Origin: Chiloscyllium plagiosum
Lineage: Eukaryota
DNA length: 64,000 bases
NCBI RefSeq assembly: GCF_004010195.1
Contig: NC_057711.1
Span: forward strand, 79,088,500-79,152,499
Direction: 5' to 3'
Part shown: positions 13,090 to 25,959 of the stretch, piece after piece
How the letters are laid out: the number at the start of each line of letters is the position of its first letter
Position numbering within the stretch: position 1 is the stretch's first letter
Translations under genes and position numbers: made by a program
The notes under the pieces: model-generated
The model's database searches: none
What the model was told of the DNA's origin: nothing
What the model saw: the letters and a program-made list of their open reading frames with translations, nothing else

Positions 13090-14430
13090 TCTTATTGTAA
13101 TTCCTTTATTCAAAAAGAAGCAGAAAGCAGGAAACTATAGACCAGTTAGTTTAAAATCTGTCATATGGAAAATGTTAGAAACTGTTGTTAAAGATGTTAG
13201 AACAAGGCACTTGGATAAGTTCAAGGTAATCAGGCAAAGCCAAAATGTTTTTGTCAAAGGCATATCATTGTAATCTAATTCACTGGAGTTCTTTCAAGCA
13301 GTAATTTATGCTGTGTAAAGGGGAACTAGTGGATGTAGATTTCCAGAAGGCATTTGATAAGGTGCCACAACAAAGGTTATTGTAGACAATAAAAGCTTGT
13401 GGTATAGGGGGCTACCTATTGATGAATATAGAAGATTGGCTGGTGAACAGGAAGCAGAAAGTATAAATAAGTGAGTCTTTTCCAGGCTGGCAGGATTTCA
13501 CAAGTGGTGTGACTTAGTTGATTTGGTTGAAGGGACAAGATGCGAGAGCTAAATTTGTGGATGGCACAAAGGTTGGTAGGAAAGTAAGTTGTAAAGAAGA
13601 CATAAGGAGCCTACAAAGGGATATGTTTAGGATAACTGAATGGGAAAAGATCCTGCAAACATAGAACTATGTGGGAAAGAATGAAATTGTTCATTTTGGC
13701 AGAAAGAATTTTTTAAAAAACTGAATGGTGAGAGGGTGCAGATCTGTTAGATGTAGAAGGATCCGGGTGTCATAGTGCATTAATCCATTGAATGTTAAAA
13801 TGCAGGTAAAACAAATAATCAGGAAAACAAATAAAATGTTACATTTTATTGGGAGAGTAATTGAATGCAAGAGTAGAGAGGTTACAAGACCACATCTGGA
13901 ATATTGTGAATAGTACTGGTCGCCATACTTACAGAAGGATGTTAATATATTGAAAGCAGTTCAGAAAAAGGTTGCTCGGTTATTAACTAGAATGAATGGA
14001 TTACTTGAAAGGGAAGGTTAGAATGGCTCACTCCATATCACTTGGAGTTTAGAAGAGTAAGAAATAACTTAACTGAAACTAATAAGATCTTAAGGGCTCT
14101 TCGCGAGATGGATATTGAATGGAAGTTTTTTTATTGTGAGGCAAGGTACAGCAAGGGGCTATAGTTTAAAATAAAGGATCATGCATTTAAGACAGAGATT
14201 AGGAAACATTTCTTTCTCTCAGAGGTCTGTGAGTCTTTGGAATGCCTTTCCTCAAAAGGTAGAACATGCAAAATCATTAAATATTTTGAAGACAGAGATG
14301 GACAGATTCTTGGTTACGAAGGGAATGAAAGATTACTGGGGATATGCAGAATATAGAGTTGAGGCTAAAATCAGATGAGCCGCAATCTTATTGAAGTGCA
14401 GGCTCAAATGGCCTACTCTTGTTCCTTGCT
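13090..14430 (+). mobile_element. Decayed CR1 LINE, RT through 3' end
   Basis: NYRPVSL..VIWKMLE, DFQKAFDKVP, RPHLEYC and FSQRSVSLWNAFP motifs with stops and frameshifts. Confidence 0.88.
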
Positions 14431-14959
14431 CATATACTTGTAATTCAGTTCAGAGGGAATCAGGCACTGCAGAATGCTTCTTTTCCCAAGTTTGAGAGGT
14501 TTCCAAGCTGGGTCAGTTTGGAATAGAAATCTTCGAGTTATTATAATTGAAATGGTTGGGCCACAATTGTGGAAAGTTCTTAGTATCAGATGCAGGGAGG
14601 AATTATAAAATTATGTACAGTTCACGAAAAAGAATTAGAATGAATGAATTAAAATGAAAATTACAGAATTGAGGTAAGACTCTTTTCTCTTGACTTAAAT
14701 TCTGTAATGGATAGTGTTGGGAACTGGAGCTTTGTTTTACTGATTACATTAAGGTCTTTCTCAATATAATATATGTGAAGCTTTCTTTAGTAGTTTTTTT
14801 CAATTATAAATTTAACTTAAGTTCAGTTGTTAAAGAACATTTGTAACCTCATGTCAAAATGTTTCTGAAATGAACCATCATGCTAATTAACAGGAAAAAA
14901 AATCAATACAGGCTTCATTCTGAGATCCAACTTGTCCAGTAGCTGGGATCATAATAGAC

Positions 14960-15330
14960 CAAGGATTGAACTTGCAGTCATCGCTGGCTTCCCTCAAGTA
15001 CAAGATGCCATCAGCTGACATTCAGTGACATAAGATGACATTCAGAGGTTCCTGGACAGGAAGGAATTTCACTCCCCACATCGTCTCTGGGGCTGGTTCA
15101 GGGATGATATTGGTTATTCTATAAAAGCTAATGACAACAGTGGACACCCTCTGATAGATGCTGGATAGTTTTACAATGGTGTCCTTGCATCAATTAAGAC
15201 TGTCTTTGAACATGAAATTGACCTCTGAAGATGCATTTCTATCGCCCAGATAGCTCAAGAGAAGTACTCCAGCACTCATCAGACTGGATCTCCAGATGAG
15301 TGGTCACTTGCTGTGCCCTGCAAAATGTAA
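14960..15330 (+). mobile_element. Harbinger/PIF DDE transposase relic
   Basis: AVIAGFPQVQDAI, FLDRKEFHS and KMHFYRPDSSREVLQHS..VVTCCALQN are decayed Harbinger motifs. Confidence 0.72.
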
Positions 15331-18099
15331 CTTAGAAAAGGGGAGATGGGCCACCACCTATATCATCAGACAGTGAAGAAGATGGCCAGGTCTGACAGAC
15401 AGGATGAGCAAGCCAACAATAATGAGAAGTATGCTGAAGGAGCCTGGGCAGTAACGAGATGAAGCAGACTAGCCCAAAATAAGCCAATAGTGATTATATT
15501 TGAGGGCAAAAGACTTTGCTTTATTATGTATGGACACTCAGAATTATGAGCTAATTATTGAAAGGCATTCCTGCTTTCAAGATAATTTTCTTAAGCTTTA
15601 AATGATTAAGATACTTTGACAAAAATTGTTCCCCTGAAGCAATAGCCTCCTATTCAGTTTTCTGGATGAAGCTTCATTATGGAGTTACATAACATTACAT
15701 CAGGAGATACACTTGTCACCTTAAATTGCAACAGGCAATCATCCATCACTGGACTCTAGAGGGGCTAATCTTTGCTGAATAACTCTCAAACCCAAACTGT
15801 TCTGCTTTCCAGGTGGTATTCCAGTACACACAGTGAATGAAAGCCACTGTGCACACTCCACTGTAGCATAAAATGCACATTTGAGAACCTCGGGTGATCA
15901 TCACCCCTCAAGGAGGACAAAAATGGCCAGAGTCTTAACACATTGATAAAGATCACAGAACGACCATACAAAGTGACGTATTTGTGTGAAGTGACATATT
16001 GTGTATAGGGTTGACGTCCTTTCACTCCAAGTGACATCAATGCCCTCTAATCTTTCTTTTCCTCCTGCTGCATCTTGCTGCCACTAAAAGAAACAGTTGA
16101 TCTGTTGTTTGCTTTGCTGCCTTGCTTCAGAAGACTTTGGTGTGGACAATCTGGAGATTCGGGGCCTACAGCACTCCAGACTGCAGTGAAGCTGGGGCAT
16201 CTCCTGCCCAGCCTGACCTGATAAAGGTTTTTGAGTCCTCGACAGAGAGAGGTATTTTGGTAGCGTCCATCTGCACTGTATTGAGATGATAATCCCTGGG
16301 TGGATTTCTGCCATTTTATCTTCCTGTGCACTATGGATCTCCTTCACCAATAAAGAGGGTGAAATAGATTGGAGGGAGGTGATTTCCCTTAGATTCCTCT
16401 CACCTACCAAGTGAATGAATGCAACCTTAGCTTCAGTGATGGATTGAATTTCCCTGTACATTTCCAGTAGATATTGATTGTTCTGCTTGACCTAATTTTC
16501 CAACCATTCCATGTGAGCAGTCATGCACTCAGCAGGAATTTAGACATCAGACAGACTTGTCCTTCACTCTAATCTGAACATAATGTCTGGCATCCCTGCC
16601 AAATGAATCCCTGTTTGACTATGAATATTTATCAACTCACCAATGGTTAAGTCCAGAGGCTCATCATCTGTATCAGGCTTTGCAGGTCCCTGTTCACCAA
16701 TATAGTCAAAGACCCTGACCATTTCTTCTCCTCTAGCTGTATTCACTGGGATGTGACCTCTGAGTCTATTCTAGATCACTTACTCACTGAGCCGAATGTC
16801 TCTGTGCAAGTGGAGGACGGGGAGGAATGCCTTGATAGTGTATCATCTGTGACTCCTCAGTGAAATATTGTGAGGAGCTATTAAGAAATGGGACTGGAGG
16901 CTGAGGCTGTTCTTCTTATAGTCCCAAATTAGAAGTAGGATCTGGAGGCTGCTTAAAAAAAAGATCTGTTTGAGTGATGAGCCATCGCCCTTTCCAATGT
17001 TTTAATGAAGACATTAGTGTTTGCTACAGAGCTGAGAGTATTGGATAGATGCTTTATTGCTAGATGGCTCTAGACATCCAACTTCTTCCTGTAGCACAGA
17101 CAAGTTCCTCCAGCTGTCCCAACAGCCTGGTAGCCCGGTTCTTAGAATGGATGAGAAGCTTTACATCAAGAAACACCCCCTGCCTGTACATATTTGCTCT
17201 GGTTGTGCATTTTGTTCTCCTGAAGGAGATAGCGTAGCATGGCTACATGGGTATTTTGCCTGCATTCATATAGGTAGAGATGTTAACTCTTAGAGCTATT
17301 ATTGTCTATGTACTAGTAAGAACAATATGGTAGAGACAAGTTGGAATTAAAGGAGTTTGAGTGAAAGTTGTCATCAAAGGGTTAGTTAACGTAAATCAAT
17401 AAAACATTGAATGATCTAAGTAGCTGAGATATCTGAGACGTGTTCAATGTTATGTCATCATTTATGATTGTGTCCTTGTCCCATGCAAGTCATCGGTGAA
17501 AAGCTATCAAATGTAAACATTCCCCTTGTAGTGAAGAAATGTCAATTGGAATTAGGTTTTATTGTCACATGTGCACAGTACAGGGGTACAGGAGTGCAGT
17601 GAAAAGTGTGCAGTGCCATTATTCTCCAATGTCATCTCAGATGTAAAAAACCAGAATGAACAGAAACAATTCTCTTAGACAAAAAAACAAAATAACCATT
17701 TTAGACAGAAAAAAGAGAATTAAAATAAAGCAGAAATACAAGAAACAAAGGCAATAAGAAAGGAAAATGGCCATATCTTATAGTTTTATCTCCATAAGGA
17801 AGGTAGACGGGCCTCAGTGAGTGAGTAATAAGTGAGCGGCTAAGTTGTAGCTCCTTTGATGTTTTACATGAAAGCCTTGGCAAATACATGATAACCACGA
17901 AAACTGTGGTGCATGTTGTGTTGCACTGGGAGCTGCAATGATGTTTAGAATGAGCGCAAGACAGAAATGCCTGACATTTGTGCGAGACAGTCTTCTGCAG
18001 TGGCACTTATAAAGCTAATTCACACATTTAGAAAATGAAGAATTGCATCGACAGTGACAGATACCCTGGCAGAGCAGAGCTGATCATTCATTCTTTCAT

Positions 18100-18290
18100 G
18101 GCATTGCAGGCAGGTTCATTTGAGCTGCCCAAAGATACTGAGTTTTGCAGTCACTTCTGTCCAGGCTGTCTTCATCAATTGGGATGACCTCTTGCTGTCA
18201 TTCCTGGGAATGGCATTTCCCTTTTTCCTGGACAACCTTCTGGAGAACACATAGGGAGGTATTGCTGAACTGTGGTACTTTTTTTTTGTC
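18100..18290 (-). mobile_element. Harbinger Myb/SANT-like partner gene relic
   Basis: FSNTSLCVLQKVVQEK then P.NDSKRSSQLMKTAWTEVTAKLS; convergent with the transposase relic at 14960-15330. Confidence 0.55.
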
Positions 18291-18409
18291 AGGCCTCTGA
18301 CATTGTGAAAACGTTGGGGGAGAAGGGCAAAGTTTAAGTGATGCTCCTGGATCACTGAGAATAAATTGTTACTGTAGCAAGAATGCACTTGCCCTTTAAG
18401 AAGTACAGG

Positions 18410-18550
18410 AGAAAGTGAGGACTGCAGATGCTGGAGATCAGAGCTGAAAATGTGAATGAGCCTGAAGAAGGGCTCCTGCCCGAAACGTCGATTCTCCTGC
18501 TCCTTGGCTGCTGCCTGACCTGCTGCGCTTTTCCAGCAACACATTTTCAG
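18410..18550. mobile_element. 141-bp fold-back PLE mini-insertion with hammerhead, 16-bp TSD
   Basis: TSD CTTTAAGAAGTACAGG at 18394-18409 and 18551-18566; antisense pLTR 3' end 18410-18454, then sense pLTR to 18550. Confidence 0.9.
18461..18494 (+). ncRNA. Minimal hammerhead motif, core intact, weak stem I
   Basis: CUGAAGA-A-GGGC-UCCU-GCCC-GAAA-C-GUC^GAUUC; predicted cleavage after 18489. Confidence 0.75.
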
Positions 18551-19284
18551 CTTTAAGAAGTACAGGCTGGTGTTAAGTAGTACAAACTAGCTTTTAGTGG
18601 TAGCAACATCTATCATAGTCCCATGTTATGGTATGGAACCACTCAGCAGTGTGTTTAGCTAGCATTTGTTGTCATAAAAATTAGCAGATAACATGTACTT
18701 TGTGTTGCCTGTGTTCAACAAACAAGTGCAAGCTAATTCTTCATCACTCTTCTTGTGCCTGTTTTCCAGTCTGATCCAATATCCCCCAATATTTTCAGGA
18801 GAAGAAGAAAGAAAATTGACAAAATTTTTAAAAAGCTATGAAGCAGCACATTGATATGCCAGTGAAGATAAATGTTTGTAGAAGCTAGAGTTACAGCAAT
18901 AATTCATATTGTAGCATCCAGATATAGACTTGAAATTACTGTTCATGATATTAGTGGCTTAATGGGTTTGTATAAGATTTCACTGCCAGCTATTTAATGC
19001 AGGCATAAACCTGCTTGGTTTACAGATGCATACTCCTATTGAGAGAGAGAACAAAGGAATACCATACAAACACATTAACTGCCTGTTTACTTCCATCACC
19101 ATCATACCTTGGCCACGTCTCCACTAACTCTAAACCTGATGAATGTTCTTGCATTTTAGTGGCCATATTCCATCGTTTCAATATCACAATCTCTGCTAAT
19201 ATCGTTATACATTGTTTAATCCATTCAGTGATGGGAATGATTTTAAATACGACTAACTGGCAGGAACACTTGTTAAATAAAAAC

Positions 19285-21575
19285 AAAATCCTGCATTTTC
19301 CTGACATAAAAACTCAGCAGGTCTGGCCATATCCGTGGAGAGAGACGAGAGTTAATGTTTAAAGTTTGATATTACTCTTCAGAATTGAAATGGGCTGGAA
19401 AAATTATAGCTTTTATGTTGTCATACCAAGGGGGATGAGGAGCAAGTTGAACAGATTATGAGGATCCCAAAATAAAAGACAAAGGGAGTACCCATTGTGA
19501 AGGAGAAATTGTGATACATCGGATGTAAATGATAGGTTTAAAAAGAAGAATATGGGTCTAATCTGTAGGCCAAAGTAAACAAGACACACAGAAAAGAGCT
19601 GGCAATAGTTGGGGGTGTGGTGAATTTGTGAGAAAAATGGAGAACATAGATTAGGCTCTGAAGTTGGGGAACTCAATTTTGAGTCCTCGAAAGTGGTCAA
19701 GTGGAAAATGAAGAGTTGTTCCTCTAGTTTGCATTCATCTGTGCTAGATGGAAATGCAAGCACGAGAACAAGATAGTTTGTTGAAATGGCAAGCAACTGG
19801 AAAGGATAGGAAGGAACCTATGGCAGAGTAGTGGTGTTTGGAGAAGTGGTCACCCAGTCTGCATTTGATCTCAATAATGCAAAAGGGATCAAATTGTGAG
19901 CAGCAAATGCAGTAGATTTGAGTGAAAGAATACAAGTATAATTTTGCTTCAACTGGAAGTTGTGTTTGGGGCCTTGAACAATGTGGAAGGAGGAAATAAG
20001 ACCATAAGATCATAAGACACAGAAGCAGAAATTAGGCCATTCAGCCTATTGAGTCTGCTCGGCCATTCAATCATGGCTGATAAGTTTCTCAAACCCATTT
20101 GCCCATTTTCTCCCCATAACCATTGATCCCCTTGATACTCAAGAACCTATCTATCTCAGACTTAAAATATACTCAATGACCTGACCTCCACAGCTTCTGT
20201 GGCAATGAATTCCATAGAATCGCCACTCTCTGGCTGAAGAAGTTTCTCTAGATCTCCATTCTAAAAGGTCTTCCCTTTACTCTACGTCAATGCCCTTGGG
20301 TCCTAGTCTCTCCTACCAAAGGAAACATATTCCTAACATCTACTCTGTCCAGGCTATTCAGTATTCTGTATGTTTGAACAAATGTGGACAAGAAAATGAG
20401 TGGATAAGTATCACATAATATGCAAATGCATGAGATGGTGTCATGGGGGTGGTGAGGAAGTGTTAGGAGTGATAGAGAGGTGGACATGGTGTCACAGAGG
20501 GAATAGTCCCAGTGGAATTATGACAATGGAGGGGAGAGGAAGATATATTTGGTGGTGGCATCCTGTTGGACATGGTGAAGAGAATGGAGGATGATCCTTT
20601 GAATACGGAGACTGCTGGGGTAGGAAGTGGGGACAAGGAGAGGGGAAAGGGTTAGGGCACAGAGAGGGGTTAGATATGGTTGAGAGCCCTATGAACAACA
20701 ATAAGGGGAATCCTCCGTTGAGAAGAATGGTGGTCGTATCAGATGCACCCTGGTGCAAGATAGTATCACCAGAACAGATGATATGGAAAACTGGGAAAAT
20801 GGAATGGAATCCTTGTAGGAAACAAGTGTGGGGAAGTGTAACTGTGGGAGTTGGTGGGTTTGTAATGGATATTGTGGACAGGCTATTCCTAGAAATGGAA
20901 ACAATAACGCAAAGGAAGGAATGGGATGAATCAGAGCTGTGCTAGGTGAAGATGAGAAAAGATTGAAACTGAAAGCAAAACTGATGAACGTTTCCAATTT
21001 CATATGAGAACAGGATGCAGCACCGAAGAAATGAACAATATATCAGAGAAAGAGTTGAAGGTAGGGGCCCAAGTAGGACTGGAACAAGAAATGTCCCTCA
21101 TACTCCACAAAGGGACAGGCATAGCTGGGAGCCATGTGAACCCCACCCACCATTTGACATGGAGAAAGTCAGAGGAGTTAAAGAAGAATTTTCTCACAGA
21201 GAGCAAGCTCAGCCAGGTGAAGGAGGTTAGAGTTGGTTGGGCACTATTCTGGTCTATTTCCAAAGAAGAAGCAGAAAGCCTTCAGACTTGCCTGATGGAG
21301 AATGGATGGACAGATCAAGAAGTTGGAATTTGTGGAACGGATATAAAGCGCCAGAATAATCATACCTGTAGGTGGGAAGAAGCTGAACATGTGCTCTTGG
21401 GTGGGGTGGGGTAGGGGAGGGGGCGTACAGCTAGAGTCAAGGTCAGAAGAAACAAATTCAATGGAACAGGTACAGACAGACATGTCCCTGCCTAGGCAGT
21501 TGGTTTGTGGAATTTGGGAGGGAGGTCAAAGCAGGCTGTGGGGTGTTGGGGGTCAATGATGTGGAAAGCTGTGGA
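19285..21575 (-). mobile_element. Penelope-like element (Neptune-like): RT, GIY-YIG and pLTR, decayed
   Basis: FFFNSSDFLHVK RT region, IIEIKCRLGDHF and CKLEEQLFIFHL in minus-strand ORFs; eroded pLTR at ~19290-19390. Confidence 0.8.
20004..20372 (-). mobile_element. CR1 3' fragment nested in the PLE
   Basis: YRILNSLDRVDVRNMFPLVGETRTQGH and (CATAAGA)n tail. Confidence 0.88.
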
Positions 21576-21576
21576 A

Positions 21577-22235
21577 GAGACCTGTGTGCTGATGTACATT
21601 GGTCACTTAAAGCAAGTATATAAATCCAGCAAGCAGTCACGAAGGCAATGGTAACATTGGCCTTCAATGTAAAAGGTTTGAGAGTAGAAGCGAGGAAACT
21701 GTACTGGAAATTTACAGACCTAGGTGAGACCATACCTGGAATACTGGGTGCTGTTGGTCTCTTTACCTAAGAATTATTGCACTCTTTATTGAGGGATTGC
21801 AATGAAAATTCCTAGACATATTCCTCAGAGAGCAGTTTGTCATAAAAAGAGAGATTGAGTCAACTGGGCCTGTAATCACTGCAGTTCAGAAGAATGGGTC
21901 AGGATCTATTGTTTACATAACATCTTGATGGGGCTGGACAGATTTGTTGATGATGAAATTTCTCCTGACCGGGAATCCAGAACAAGGAATTATGGTCTCA
22001 GGATACACGATAGGACATATCATGATATGAGCAATTTCTTTACTCAGAGAATGATGCATCTTTGGAATTCTCTGTGACAGAAAATTTTCAATTTCAATGA
22101 AAATATTGAGGAAAGACATTAATAGATTTGAAGAGGTTGAAGATGTCAGGGGACAGGATGGCATTGAGATGGGGGATCAGCTGCATTCGTGTGGAAAGGC
22201 AGAGAAGACTCGACGAGCCAAATGGGGCTCCTATT
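21577..22235 (+). mobile_element. Decayed CR1 3' fragment
   Basis: LGETIPG/VRPYLEYW-like region and CR1-type 3' end. Confidence 0.75.
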
Positions 22236-22812
22236 TTTTTGTGGGCTGAATCTTACAAGAAATTGGCAAATGGCATTTTTGTTGAGGAACATGGAGAATT
22301 TCTCTTCACAAAGCTAAATGAGGTTTTTTTTGTGTGCTATCATCCCAAATGTATCCCATTAGCTATTTACTAATACCTATGGTGCCTCTCTCATCTGACG
22401 CGAGTCCAATCTCCGACTCATTGTATGTAGATATATTCAACACTGCCAGGATATCCCAGGATTCTTGGTGCTGGCAGCTCAAATACTGGGGCTATGTTAG
22501 TTAGATTGGAGTTGGGAGCACAAGCTGGTGAGCACGTCACTGCTATGTCTCCACAACTGGCTGTGAAAGAAATACTCTGGGTCACTGGGACTCAGCAGAC
22601 TGCTGGAAACTAAGCAGCTGCTTAGCCCTAGGCAGGAGATAATCGTTTGGTGGCAATTCATGGCTTCATTGGCAGGCTCACATATACACAGGGCAGCTCT
22701 GAGGGCAACATGCCAGACTGGTGAAAGTGAGGACTGCAGATGCTGGAGGTTAGAGTCGAGAGTGCAGTGCTGGAAAAGCACAGCAGGTCAGGCAGCATCC
22801 GAGGAGCAGGAA

Positions 22813-22851
22813 AATCAACGTTTCAGTCAAAAGCCCTTCATCAGGAATGAG
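22813..22851 (-). ncRNA. Hammerhead motif with stem II mismatch
   Basis: CUCAUUC-CUGAUGA-A-GGGC-UUUU-GACU-GAAA-C-GUU^GAUU. Confidence 0.65.
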
Positions 22852-24306
22852 GCTGGGAGCCTCAGGAATGGAGAGATAAATGGGAGGGGAGTGAGGCTGG
22901 GGATAAGGTAGCTGAGAGTGTCATAGGTGGATGGAGGTTGGGCTAATGGCGATAGGTCAGACAGGAGGATGGAGCAGATAAGTGGGAAGGAAGATGGACA
23001 GGTAGGACAGGTCATGAGGGTAGTGCTGAGCTGGAAGGTTGGAACTGGAATTAAATAGGGGGAGGAAACTGGTGAAATCCACATTGATGCCGTGGGGTTG
23101 CCATAAGTCCCTTCCTGGACCTCTCCATTTCCATCAACAGTGACCCCCTTCTGGGACCTCTCCATTTCTATCAACGGTGACCGACTCAACGCTGACATCT
23201 TCTACAAATCCACTGACTCCCACAGCTACCTGCATTACACTTCCACCCACCCTGCCTCCTGTAAAAATGCTATCCTTTATTTTCAATTCCTCCACCTCCT
23301 CCACATCTGGTCCCAGGAAGATCAGTTCCACCACAGAACACACTAGATGGCCTCTTCTTTAAAGACCACAATTTCTCCTCCCACGTGGTTGATGTTGCCC
23401 TCCAGCTTATGTCTTCCACCTCCCACACCTCCGCCCTTGAACCCCATCCCTCCAACTGCAACAAGGACAGAACCACCCGGTCCTCATCTTCCACCTCACC
23501 AACTTCTGTATACATCACATCATCCTCCGCCATTTCTGCCACCTACGAACAGACCCCACCACCAGAGATATATTTTCCGCCCCACTCTATCCACTTTCTG
23601 TAAAGACTGTTCCCTCTGCGACTGCCTCATCAGGTCCATGCCCCCCATCAACCCACCCTCCCCTCCTGGCACTTTTCCCTGCCACCGCAGGAATTGCAAA
23701 CCTGCGCCCACACCTGCCCCCTCACCTCTGTCCAAGGCCCCAAAGGAGCCTTCCACATCCATCAGAGTTTCACCTGCACTTCCACACGTGTCATTTACTG
23801 TATCTGTTGCTCCCGATGCAGTCTCTCTACACTGGGGAGACAGACGCCTACTCACACAGCACTTCAGGGAACATCTCAGGGACACCCGCACCAACTAACT
23901 GCACCACCCCGTGATGGACCACTTCAACTCCCCCTCCCATTCGGCCAAGGACATGCAAGTTCTTGGCCTCCCCCATCGCCACTCCCTTACCACCCATCGC
24001 CTAGAGGAAGAACATCTCATCTTCTGCCTTGGGATCATCCAACCCCATGACATCAATGTGGATTTCACCAGTTTTGACATTTCCTCTCCCCCCACCTTAT
24101 CCCAGTTCCAACCTTCCAGCTCAGCACCACCCTCATGACCTGTCCTACTTGTCCATCTTCCTTCCTACCTAACCGATCCACCCTCCCCTCTGACCTATCA
24201 CCATTAGCCCCACCTCCATCCACCTATCGTGCTCTTAGCTACCTAACCCCCAGCCCCACCACCCTCCCATCCTCCCATTTATCTTTCCACCCCCAAGGCT
24301 CCCAGA

Positions 24307-24345
24307 CTCATTTCTGATGAAGGGCTTTTGCCTGAAACGTTGATT
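24307..24345 (+). ncRNA. Minimal hammerhead motif, core intact
   Basis: CUCAUUU-CUGAUGA-A-GGGC-UUUU-GCCU-GAAA-C-GUU^GAUU. Confidence 0.72.
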
Positions 24346-25039
24346 TTCCTGCTCCTCAGATACTGCCTGACCTGCTGTGCTTTTCCAGCAACACACTCTC
24401 AACATGACAGACAGGATTGCTGTAAAATGGTTGGGATGCTGCTGCCTCAGCCTTGTGACTGTCTGGCTACCTCAATAACAGGTTGGCAGATGACAGGAAA
24501 CCCTGTCCAGCACTCTCTGGTTCTCATGCACACTGGCCTGTATTCCATCCCTCAAGCCATTGGTTCTCAGCGACAACAGCAAGGTAATAGTGAACCGGGG
24601 AACTTGAAAGTCACCTGGCATCACCTGGCACCCACTTTGATTTTCATCTGGGAAATTGTTGGCATCTAGTTTCAACTGACATGTAGGAAAAAGAAAGCCT
24701 CCATATTAATGATTTATGATTTTGTTGTGTTGAGAGTGATAGTGTGTGATAATCCATGCTAATTGGCCTTTTAACGTTCACTATCTAGAATCTCATCTCA
24801 CTGTCTAATATTTGGTTGGAAGTGGGAATTTCTGGCCTTGACATTGAGAGGTTTGTTGGACATCTCACCTGACCTGGCAATATTTCTCACCATAGCCCAT
24901 GACAACAAGGGGCTGGGAAAATTCCACTCTCAGTTTCTAATCTGTGTTTTTTTTTTAACTACTTCAGCCCATGCGAGTAGATACATCGAGTGTGTTGTAT
25001 TTGCATACATAAACCCATAAGTTTCTTCAACCTCCAGTA

Positions 25040-25375
25040 TTACCAGCTTTTGTCATTAAAATAATGTTCTGGTCCAAACTTGATCTCAAGTGGATGACAT
25101 CATGCTAACCTGCATTGAAATCTATCTGTCATATTTTGTCTCACTCACTTAATTATTAATGCCATTTCACGATTTATTTTTCTTAGTTGTACACTTACTA
25201 ACAATCAATCTCTGTGCCTTTGGCAAAATTGGACATGTGGCTCTTCGTGTCACGCAAGTCATTGATAAATGTAGTAAGCATTTGAGGTGCCGAGATCCTA
25301 GTGAGAAATTGCAAGTCACTGCCTTTAAATACATGTCCATTGCTGTCTTCTATCACCTAATAAACCTCTCAACCT
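25040..25375 (-). mobile_element. Heavily eroded CR1 RT fragment
   Basis: Antisense remnants of GS.LGP..F...INDL, KFA.DT and FNA motifs. Confidence 0.55.
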
Positions 25376-25959
25376 AGTCAATAATTTGCCTCCAATTCCA
25401 TGGTCATGTGCCACTCACCTCCACCATCATTCCCCCCACTCCCCAGTGACATCCTTGAGGTAGGGAGGAGGGAGCAGCTTTGGAATTTATACAGCAAGTT
25501 CAGATTACCGAATACAACCTCATTGTTAAATAAACTCCCCATTTCCACTTGTTTATCGTGAAATGTAACAGACTTTTTTTTATTTTGTGTTGTGCAAACA
25601 AAATATTGATTTCTTATGGCTGTTAGTAATCCTCGATGGTGTTCACCTGCTGGACATGTTTTCACTGCATGCAGGCAACAAAGTTAGACTCTGCCTCACT
25701 CCTGATGAGCTAATAATGGATGTCAAACAGAGCAGGTTTACCTTGTATTAAAGAAATGGCCAAATCATGGAAAGGAAGTTATAGTGCTCCTCCTGATTAT
25801 CTTATCAAGTAGACTGAACACTGAATGCAGGGTTAATGAATTACTTGCCAAAACTTTCACAAGGCTGTCTTTTGTATGGCTTGTAAGTACTGATTTCATA
25901 TTAACTGTGCCAATGTCTCAGCATACCAATACAAAAATTGACAAGACTTAGCTGATAAA

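Larger units (their letters stand above)
22722..24399 (+). mobile_element. Penelope-like element (Neptune-like) with ~340-bp inverted arms and 16-bp degenerate TSD
   Basis: FWDLSISINGDRLNADIFYKSTDSHSYLHY, C..RNCK.C, CICCSRC and HRLEEEHLIFCLG motifs; ~22758-23100 is inverted to ~24040-24399; TSD CAACATGCCAGACTGG (22706-22721) / CAACATGACAGACAGG (24400-24415). Confidence 0.92.

Noticed and set aside
23347..24317. Proline-rich ORFs
   Set aside because: Off-frame translations of the C-rich PLE strand
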